This document shows positions 56,948-64,000 of a stretch of DNA of 64,000 nucleotides, in pieces. Source of the DNA: an uncultured virus (IMG/VR IMGVR_UViG_3300037488_003510) (Duplodnaviria; Heunggongvirae; Uroviricota; Caudoviricetes); IMG/VR virus record IMGVR_UViG_3300037488_003510. One strand, 5' to 3'. The notes below the pieces were generated by a model that worked only from the letters and a program-made list of their open reading frames with translations, was not told the origin of the DNA and ran no database searches. The position numbers and the translations under genes are program-made. Numbering within the stretch: the stretch's first letter is position 1; every line of letters starts with the position of its first letter.

Positions 56948-57026
56948 TGGGTGAGGGGGGAATCGAACCCTCCTTGCCGAGGCCACTGGTTTACAGCCAG
57001 CTCCCACTCCATGTGAGATCTCACCC
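56948..57026 (-). tRNA. tRNA-Tyr(GTA)
   Basis: Loop CTGTAAA, variable arm. Confidence 0.85.
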
Positions 57027-57109
57027 GTAAAGTTTCGAGTGAGCTTTTATACGGTCCTGAATCCATGAACTCTGCGCTCCCTTCAGTTGTCTCGATGCCC
57101 CTGAAACTG

Positions 57110-57142
57110 AAAAAGCCGCCTCAGTTTCCTGGGCGGCTTTTT
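57110..57142 (-). terminator. Attenuator terminator upstream of tRNA array
   Basis: AAAAAGCCGCC...GGCGGCTTTTT. Confidence 0.8.
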
Positions 57143-57164
57143 CGAAGAAGTTGTGGTTCTCCTA

Positions 57165-57317
57165 CTAGCCGCCCCTGGTACCCTCCTGCTTGATCCCAAA
57201 AAGGCGCGTGGTCAGTCTCGGGTTCAAGTCTTTGGACGATGGAATGCTCCACGCATACACCAACCCCGAGGCCATCCGGTCTGCGAGGTGTGAGGTATGT
57301 TGCGAGCTGCGTTCCAT
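57165..57317 (-). CDS. Putative 50-aa leader peptide
   Basis: ATG 10 nt after the -10 box; last codons (RGG-stop) form the antiterminator strand. Confidence 0.55.
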   Translation of the reverse strand: MERSSQHTSHLADRMASGLVYAWSIPSSKDLNPRLTTRLFGIKQEGTRGG

Positions 57318-57327
57318 GATGCTTTCG

Positions 57328-57356
57328 AAGGTAGTCCAGCTTCCCCGTGGGGTCAA
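57328..57356 (-). promoter_or_regulatory. sigma70-like promoter of tRNA operon
   Basis: TTGACC-N17-TACCTT with upstream A-tracts (UP-element-like). Confidence 0.7.
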
Positions 57357-57432
57357 GCACTTTTTTTCAGTGGTGTTCTTTTTTCTTGTCTTTACCGTCG
57401 GTGAGCCGACTTCGATGTGTGCCGAATAGGCT

Positions 57433-57684
57433 TCAGTTTTGACCTTCCCGATGAGCTATGAAACCGGGAACGGCTGCATTGAAATCATGTTTAGTCATCT
57501 CCCAAGCCTTACGAACACCCTTCATGAACTCCTCTTCGTCCACATAGCAAGCAAGCGCGGTTCTTGCGGCGTAGTGGGCGAACTGTGCGGATACAAGCGT
57601 GAGGTCGGTCCCAGCCTCTAGGCCGTTAAGTAGCTCGTCCAATTTCTTTGCAATCTGAAGAGCCTCTTCTTGAATCTTCGTCAT
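57433..57684 (-). CDS. Small helical protein, paralog of 57725..57970
   Basis: T.L....Q......R.A..C.V.E.E.M...R.A..M.K. Confidence 0.6.
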   Translation of the reverse strand: MTKIQEEALQIAKKLDELLNGLEAGTDLTLVSAQFAHYAARTALACYVDEEEFMKGVRKAWEMTKHDFNAAVPGFIAHREGQN

Positions 57685-57724
57685 TTATCACCTTTTTCCG
57701 TGGCTAAGATCTGAATTGTCTTGG

Positions 57725-57970
57725 TTAGTTGCCAAATGACTTGGTTAGAGGGGGAAAGTCCAATTTAGCCATATGCAACGCCAACCGAATCATCCTCATG
57801 AGTTCATCTTCAGTGACTCCGCACAAATAAGCTGCCCGCGTGCCGCTACTGATCAGTTGAGTCGCTAAGGCTAGCAGAGGTGTTTGTGGGCCAAGGTCAA
57901 TAATGGCCTTCTTCAAAACCTCAGCAATTCTTTCCGGTTCTTCCAGATCGGCCGAACTCACTTTACCCAC
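57725..57970 (-). CDS. Small helical protein, paralog of 57433..57684
   Basis: Same motif. Confidence 0.6.
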   Translation of the reverse strand: MGKVSSADLEEPERIAEVLKKAIIDLGPQTPLLALATQLISSGTRAAYLCGVTEDELMRMIRLALHMAKLDFPPLTKSFGN

Positions 57971-58225
57971 ACTCCCTGGTAGTTACGATTTGGTATACTC
58001 GTTTCTGCCAGTTTGTTCGTGGGGGAACAGGAAGAGTGTCATTAAGGACATCTCGCAAGGACAACCAAACTGCCTGTTGATCTTCTGGCGCTCGGTAGCT
58101 GGAACTTACTTGCAAGGCTTTCAAACTACCGCGTAGTCCTGTCATGTGTTTTGGAATACACGACAAAACAGAGTCGATAACCTTGACTGGGTTTCTTCTA
58201 GGTGGCATTTCTCGCGTCGCTCCTT

Positions 58226-58873
58226 TCAGGTATACGTCCAGAACCTTGTGTGCAGAACCCCAGGCACCCAAATTTCTCTAGCGCCAGCGGCGATTCTCTT
58301 CTTTGCTACTGCTTTCGAGTCATTGGGGTACACCTTGGGGTTTTCCTTGTGCTTCGCATCTTGTGCTGCCGGAGCGTCCCATTGAATCGCTCCATGTGTG
58401 ATGTCTTTGATCTTGTCGCTCAGTATGTCCTTGGCCAGCAGCAGTGTCTTAGCCGTAGGAGGCTTCGAGGTGGCCACCTGCTTCCCTGGAGCTTCTTGCG
58501 AACCGAAGTAACCATGGGAAGGGTATTTCTTGCCCTTTCTAATACTGGACAAAGCCAGCTGCGCTATGGTGGTTTTTGCCTTTCGAACTGCGTTGCGCGT
58601 GGCGAGTCCAATAGCTAACCTAGCCTTATCAGAACTATCCTCGGACTGCATGATGGACGCCAAGGCGTAGACCTCAAGAGGCACCTGAGCCGCATTGGCC
58701 AATCCCTCTGGATCGGCTTCCACAAACTTCTGTTCGTTGAGCACATGTAGTCGATATTCGATTTTAGGTTCGAGCTTCTTTGACCTTGTCAGAATCGACA
58801 AGCCCAGGGCCAAAGTAGACCCGATACCAAGTAGCCACCACTTGCTGTTACTAGATTCATTTCGCATTGCCAT
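58226..58873 (-). CDS. Membrane-anchored SleB-like cell-wall hydrolase
   Basis: N-terminal TM; ALASIMQSE...LAIG...RN...DITHGAIQW. Confidence 0.6.
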   Translation of the reverse strand: MAMRNESSNSKWWLLGIGSTLALGLSILTRSKKLEPKIEYRLHVLNEQKFVEADPEGLANAAQVPLEVYALASIMQSEDSSDKARLAIGLATRNAVRKAKTTIAQLALSSIRKGKKYPSHGYFGSQEAPGKQVATSKPPTAKTLLLAKDILSDKIKDITHGAIQWDAPAAQDAKHKENPKVYPNDSKAVAKKRIAAGAREIWVPGVLHTRFWTYT

Positions 58874-59711
58874 TCACCCACAGGCCATCTTTGCAGCCTC
58901 GTATTTTCAGTGCCTTGACTGTTTCTTTTCCAGGTATGCCATCACACATTGTCATCCCAAGGAAGAACTGTCGTTCTTTCCAAATGGTTATATCACCCCT
59001 AGCTTCAAAGTCCATGGACTGGCATCCCCTGTCGGACAACGCCTTCATGATGGCATCGCCAGGATCGCCCTCGCCTCGCGAGCTGGTTAAGTCGCGGTGT
59101 CCAACGATACCTACTACGTCAAACAGAGGCCGGTTGGTCTTCTGAGAATCCACAAAGCGCTTGATGGGCTTCGCCTGATAAGGAAGCGGAATTTGAAGCT
59201 GAATAGGGGTAGGTAAGATCTTGCAGAGCGCGACGGTGAATTTCGCCGCCGTAGCTAGCTGCTTGGAATACAACTCGGCGTTCTTTCCTTGAACGATTTC
59301 GATGCCAACCGAACAGCCATTGGCTGCTTTGGCATGATAAGCGGCCTCCAGTATCAGATCGGTGCAGCAGTAGATCTCACAATCGAAGTCTATGATAAGG
59401 GCTGCGCCCCCAGGGCGATCAGTATCAAGAGACCAGGAGGAAACGATTCTTTCGCCAGCGTTCGAGGATAAACCAGTTCCAGGTATGATAACCTGGGGCC
59501 TCAGATCTTTGCCGCCCGGAATACCTCCAGTCGTGTGCATCACGATGAGGTGAATGCCCTCCTGTTCCCAGGGAGATCGGCGCCGGACGTCTCCCGAGGC
59601 GAGATGAAGGTGAGGATTGTCGAGGAAGTTGGTGATATTGAAGCCGGGCATCAACACACGTTTCCCGGCTAACACCAATCCGGTTTTTTTCATCTTTGCT
59701 TTCTTTACCAT
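58857..59711 (-). CDS. N-acetylmuramoyl-L-alanine amidase with C-terminal PG-binding motif
   Basis: VMHTTG, YHA..AN..SVGIEI, GHRD, DPG, DGIPGKET. Confidence 0.8.
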   Translation of the reverse strand: MVKKAKMKKTGLVLAGKRVLMPGFNITNFLDNPHLHLASGDVRRRSPWEQEGIHLIVMHTTGGIPGGKDLRPQVIIPGTGLSSNAGERIVSSWSLDTDRPGGAALIIDFDCEIYCCTDLILEAAYHAKAANGCSVGIEIVQGKNAELYSKQLATAAKFTVALCKILPTPIQLQIPLPYQAKPIKRFVDSQKTNRPLFDVVGIVGHRDLTSSRGEGDPGDAIMKALSDRGCQSMDFEARGDITIWKERQFFLGMTMCDGIPGKETVKALKIRGCKDGLWVNGNAK

Positions 59712-60310
59712 GAGGGGTATGGAGGTTGTTTTTTCAGGATGAAGATCTGCCCGTACTCGCCACATACTGACTCGCCAAGGATTTCAGCTCTACCTCGGTG
59801 TTCACTGAGGAAAGTATTCACCGCCTCGCGCACACCTGGGTCTTTGGGACTGCGATAATCATCTAGAACCATGATTGAATCAACCAACAAGAGATTCCAG
59901 ACAAGACTAGCATCTAGATAAGCATTGGCAAAGGTGTGAGAACCGTCGATGTATGCTCCGTGAAACTTCTGGGAACTCAAAGTTGGCAAGATGTCGGAAC
60001 TTCGTCCTTTGAGCTTCGTGAATCTAGGATCGCCTTTGACATTCTCATCGAAGGTCTTCTCGTAGTTCGGATCACCCCAAGTGGAAAAGTCGGAGTCTGA
60101 ACCGTCCCATGTATCAACACAGGTGATATGCTTCTTGTCCCCCTTGAGAACATTCTCGACTGTCCAGAAGGCCGATCTGCCCTCATAGGTGCCTACCTCA
60201 AGCCACTGGGCATCCTTGACGTCCTCGTAGCGAGGGACCACAATGTCGGTCCATCTAGGTTGATGGGGCTCGAACCAGTAACTGGTGAATGTTGGTTTAT
60301 TGGGATACAT
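59705..60310 (-). CDS. Class I SAM methyltransferase (Methyltransf_24-like)
   Basis: LEVGTYEGRS, CVDTW, YIDGSH, DDY. Confidence 0.85.
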   Translation of the reverse strand: MYPNKPTFTSYWFEPHQPRWTDIVVPRYEDVKDAQWLEVGTYEGRSAFWTVENVLKGDKKHITCVDTWDGSDSDFSTWGDPNYEKTFDENVKGDPRFTKLKGRSSDILPTLSSQKFHGAYIDGSHTFANAYLDASLVWNLLLVDSIMVLDDYRSPKDPGVREAVNTFLSEHRGRAEILGESVCGEYGQIFILKKQPPYPSW

Positions 60311-61466
60311 TGGCTCCGTCTTCGCCTAGTTTAGCTAGGGCAATAGAAAAATCTCTTGAATCACCATTGCTGATCTGCTTTAGCAAACCTTCTACCTGTA
60401 TCTGCTTCAACAAACCTTCTACCTGTTTCAGCTCGGTGGTTGTCACTCCGTTGAAGTAGAGACCCTCGCGACGCAGCCGATCTGTCGTGTTTTTAATGGT
60501 TTCTTTCCAGGAGCTAGCATCGGTTTTCCATTCGAGCAGCGCAAGTCGAAGTGTGGCTTTTGCCGAGCCGTGTGAGGCTAGTCGATAACAGGTGATAGCC
60601 TCATCGAACCTAAGTGACTTCTCGAAGCAGATCCCCTTAATGGTGTTTACGCGATCTGCAATGTGCTGGTAGCAGGTATTTGTATCGAAGTGTTTTTGTA
60701 GAACCGCAAGAGAGAAACTAGAGTCGACTTCTGTTCCTTCTTCAGCCAAGTCGAGCAGTTCCTGGGTTTTCATCTCGCAGTCGAGTTTCCGACACCGTTC
60801 ATATTCAGCCAACAACACCTTGAAGTTCCGAAATGCTACCCGAGTATTGGCTCCTGGTGAATCTCGCCAGTCTCGCACGGTGAGACCGTTCATGCACATG
60901 AGGGGCGGGCAATTGCCTGCAATCTGAAGAGCTTCGTGGACAACCCCATCGAACTTGTATTGACGGTTTCGCCATAGACGAAGGTACATCTGGTAGCGCT
61001 CTATGGCTTGACCGGACATAATCTCATAGGGTGACATCACCTCGTTGATGTCCGGACGAGCGTCGAGTTGCTCGATGACTCTGGCTACGTCGTCCGGGTT
61101 GAGCACCTCATCGTCCGCATCGAGCTTCATGACGTAGTCGCCAGTGCATAGCTTCAACGAGGCGTTGCGCGCCACGGACCAGTTGCGCAGGACGAGCGCC
61201 TCCGAGAACGGACCAGGCACCCAACGCTCCCAGGTCTCAGGAGCGTCCTTGAAGTGCGTGAGCCCTTCTATGGGGTACAGGCGAAATTGAGTGCAAGCAC
61301 ATTGCAGCTCATGACACAGAGACTCTATCACCTGACGAGTGTCGTCAGTCGAGGCATCGTCGGTGTAACACACCTCCTTCACGAGACCTCGCAGTGGGCG
61401 CAGCGCCCTGGGCAGCACGGTGGCGCCGTTGCGGACTAGCATGTGGACGGACAGACGTGGCTTCAT
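60297..61466 (-). CDS. GT2 glycosyltransferase with TPR-like tail
   Basis: LSVHMLVRN, DDASTDDT, ARNASL, LDADDE, VHE. Confidence 0.85.
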   Translation of the reverse strand: MKPRLSVHMLVRNGATVLPRALRPLRGLVKEVCYTDDASTDDTRQVIESLCHELQCACTQFRLYPIEGLTHFKDAPETWERWVPGPFSEALVLRNWSVARNASLKLCTGDYVMKLDADDEVLNPDDVARVIEQLDARPDINEVMSPYEIMSGQAIERYQMYLRLWRNRQYKFDGVVHEALQIAGNCPPLMCMNGLTVRDWRDSPGANTRVAFRNFKVLLAEYERCRKLDCEMKTQELLDLAEEGTEVDSSFSLAVLQKHFDTNTCYQHIADRVNTIKGICFEKSLRFDEAITCYRLASHGSAKATLRLALLEWKTDASSWKETIKNTTDRLRREGLYFNGVTTTELKQVEGLLKQIQVEGLLKQISNGDSRDFSIALAKLGEDGANVSQ

Positions 61467-61734
61467 GGCGCCTTCATAATACACTTCCTTTTTGCATTGG
61501 GAAGGGTAATATGCGACAGGACGCCTCGGGCTGTCACAAAGAAGGACCACATGGAAAAAGACGCAGAGACTACCGTGCTGAATAGCAGACTGTATAAAAT
61601 GCGCGAAGTGCTTGTTGATCGGCTCGTTCCAGAAGGTTGGGATAAGTTGGACAGTGCCACCAAGAAGGCATGGACAAATCGAGCACACGCGGCCTTGCGA
61701 AAATGGCACGGCATACCTGAGGAGCCGTGAAAAT

Positions 61735-62727
61735 ATGTTCTGCTCAAGACCATTCACCGAGTTTCAATTAGACGTCAAAGGGGACGTTCACCTATGTTGT
61801 CCGTGTTGGATAACCATGACAGCAGGGAACGTGTTTGAGACTTCTCCTCTAGAAATTTGGAATGGCGAAAAGGCTAAGGCAATACGAGAATCCATTCTAG
61901 ACGGTAGCTTTCGTTATTGTTCCCCTCGATGTCCGTTTATCACCAAGCCTCTAGGGTTTATCAGCCCGAGCCCTATTAACACTACGCAAGGAGCCTCTAT
62001 CGACACCTCTGTTATAGGCGATGTGATGTTGGCTTACGATCCGATGTGCAATTTAGCGTGTCCGAGCTGCCGGAAATTCCCCAAAGGACACGATGGTACC
62101 ACGAGGAACATACACACCATCGTTTTGAGTTCAGGTCTTCTAGGACGAACCAAGAGAATCACTCTTTCTGGCGCAGGCGATCCGTTTGCCTCTAAGTTGT
62201 TCTTGTCGCTAATGAAAAATCTTCCCAGTACGAACCACCTTCCGGAACTGAAGATCGGACTTCAAACTAACGGTCTTCTGATGACTCCTGAAATGTGGGA
62301 CAGCTTAGGCGATGCTGCCAAGATGATAGACCTCGCTTCCATTTCAGTCGATGCTGCTACCGAGTCAACATATCGACTAAATCGAGGTGGTGACTGGAGC
62401 AAGTTGCTTGCCAACCTGAAATGGATTGCCGAAAGCGAAATTCAATGCAACTTGAATTTCGTGATCCAAGAGAACAACATGGAAGAAATGGAAGCCTTTG
62501 TGGAACTAGCACGAAAATACAAGGTATCCATTGTCTACTTTTCCACTTTGGAGAACTGGGGATCGTACACGGAAGAAGAATTCGCTCGAAGAGCCGTGCA
62601 GCGACCATCACATCTAAAACACCAGAGGTGCTTGGAGATACTGAGGAGACCTCTGTTTCAAAGCTCCACAGAACCAAAAATCTTCATTGCTGGCGATTTA
62701 GGCAGAATGGCAAAGGCCACGTCATGA
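61735..62727 (+). CDS. Radical SAM protein with N-terminal SPASM-like domain
   Basis: CSRPF...G.V.LCC...IWN; CNLACPSC; GDPF; TNG. Confidence 0.85.
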   Translation: MFCSRPFTEFQLDVKGDVHLCCPCWITMTAGNVFETSPLEIWNGEKAKAIRESILDGSFRYCSPRCPFITKPLGFISPSPINTTQGASIDTSVIGDVMLAYDPMCNLACPSCRKFPKGHDGTTRNIHTIVLSSGLLGRTKRITLSGAGDPFASKLFLSLMKNLPSTNHLPELKIGLQTNGLLMTPEMWDSLGDAAKMIDLASISVDAATESTYRLNRGGDWSKLLANLKWIAESEIQCNLNFVIQENNMEEMEAFVELARKYKVSIVYFSTLENWGSYTEEEFARRAVQRPSHLKHQRCLEILRRPLFQSSTEPKIFIAGDLGRMAKATS

Positions 62728-63575
62728 TCATTGCGATACAATACTACGAAGGTGATCGTGAGCGCTCTTTCTCGTTGGCCCGGTTACTAGCCGACCTAGA
62801 AACGGACTATCGATCAGATGTCTTGCTAGCACTTGTGGCACAACATGGAACACCAGCTTCATACTCCACCGACATGACTCTTTGCTATTGCGCGAAGAAG
62901 TTTCCGGTGGCCCATTTCATATCAGATCGTTCTGGTAGTGGATATCCTTACGTGTGTGGCTTGATGTGGCTAGCAACTATGGAACACTTCTCATGTCTTC
63001 ATGACCATGGGCTTGTGCCCCACGATGCGATCTTCACCGTGGACGGAGGTGACGGAGTTCCTCTTCATTACGATTGGATTAACATGCTGAAAGCCGAACA
63101 TGAAGTCACGCTTGCTTCCGGAAAAAGCATCACAGGAACTCCCTACAGCCTAGGCGGTTGCCCATTGCACATTAACCCGAACATGGCGATGGAGCTGAAA
63201 ACATGGAAAGAAGTCCCCCTTCTGCATGAAATACCGAATCCCAGTATGAATTGTTTGAGTGGCACCAATCTCCTCTTGCACTATGACATCTATCACCGCC
63301 GCGAGACAGTCAAGAGGACAAACTTGTCCTCGGTGGTTCGAACTGATTGGCAGGGTGGAGGTAGATATGTCACACCAAAGCTCATGCGAGTATTGGCCGG
63401 GCATTCAATCTGGCTACACGGATACAAGGATGAAAGCCTGTACGAGGTTGCCAGAGAGCATCTCTTTTCAGGCGAGAAAATTCCATTGTCTTTGTTTCGG
63501 TTTGACTTGACCGAACTGCGACTGATGGAGTTTCACAGATCGCAAGCTCATTCAAGGAGGAACAATGAGGTGTGA
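62724..63575 (+). CDS. Glycosyltransferase-like hypothetical protein
   Basis: ATGA overlap; GYP.....MW, D.VPL..DW, HIN.N, HGYKD. Confidence 0.5.
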   Translation: MIIAIQYYEGDRERSFSLARLLADLETDYRSDVLLALVAQHGTPASYSTDMTLCYCAKKFPVAHFISDRSGSGYPYVCGLMWLATMEHFSCLHDHGLVPHDAIFTVDGGDGVPLHYDWINMLKAEHEVTLASGKSITGTPYSLGGCPLHINPNMAMELKTWKEVPLLHEIPNPSMNCLSGTNLLLHYDIYHRRETVKRTNLSSVVRTDWQGGGRYVTPKLMRVLAGHSIWLHGYKDESLYEVAREHLFSGEKIPLSLFRFDLTELRLMEFHRSQAHSRRNNEV

Positions 63576-64000
63576 TAAGTATTGCATAGGCAAGAACGGG
63601 GTAGCATCAACGTGGGAAAATCCTGAGAAGAGGGTTGAGTTCTCTTCGTCCTTTTCTGCTCCCCATTACTGCTCAAGGTTCGACTCTCCTAGACACCTGC
63701 TAGATTTCTACTTCCGATCTCAGCCTCCGGCTTATTGGAATTCTCCCAATAAGCATCACGGATTAGCCGTTCAGACAGCGCCGAGGCCCAGCGGATCGCT
63801 CTTGGACAACATGCTCACCAATTTGCACTCAGCTGGGATTGGCAACTGGCAGGGAATCAAGTTGCTGGTGAGCGACGGTTTCTCGCTATATGACTTCACG
63901 GATACGGGCGATCTGGAGCCCATGACAGCTTTCAATAACTGGTTTCATTTCCTTTCGCCCGAGCCTTCTGTTGGCTCCTCAGCCACCTTTATCCGATTGT
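63565..64000 (+). CDS. Hypothetical, truncated at window edge
   Basis: MRCDKYCIGK... appears open to the end of the window. Confidence 0.45.
   Translation, partial: MRCDKYCIGKNGVASTWENPEKRVEFSSSFSAPHYCSRFDSPRHLLDFYFRSQPPAYWNSPNKHHGLAVQTAPRPSGSLLDNMLTNLHSAGIGNWQGIKLLVSDGFSLYDFTDTGDLEPMTAFNNWFHFLSPEPSVGSSATFIRL

Noticed and set aside
52788..57026. Numerous ORFs called over the tRNA array
   Set aside because: They overlap clear cloverleafs; only 54227..54460 is kept.

Overview
This window looks like part of a large bacterial virus or provirus genome: dense, mostly minus-strand genes, standard genetic code and no housekeeping genes. (1) 1-23 kb holds many small hypothetical or accessory genes, including a receiver-like protein, an M15-like peptidase, a nucleotidyltransferase and a tandem triplication. 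(2) 23.4-47.2 kb is a putative virion module with no terminase, portal or tail-tube gene that I can recognise. It has a 199-aa beta-rich capsid candidate, a transglutaminase-like Cys protease, a 1588-aa Ala/Lys-rich protein punctuated by [FILM][VLM]G motifs, fibre and Gly-rich proteins, and two sets of proteins with shared terminal tags. (3) 47.5-50.4 kb is a divergent operon: an HTH regulator with two operator-like palindromes, followed by four paralogs of the capsid candidate. (4) 52-57.4 kb is a minus-strand operon of 40 tRNAs covering all 20 amino acids. It has a sigma70-like promoter, a leader-peptide attenuator, boxB/boxA, several non-tRNA structured RNAs (a double-pseudoknot RNA, a circularly permuted tRNA, a CCA-ended tRNA mimic) and a terminal HNH gene. 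(5) 58-64 kb holds cell-wall hydrolases and methyltransferase, glycosyltransferase and radical-SAM genes. All calls are by eye; no searches or folding programs were run.
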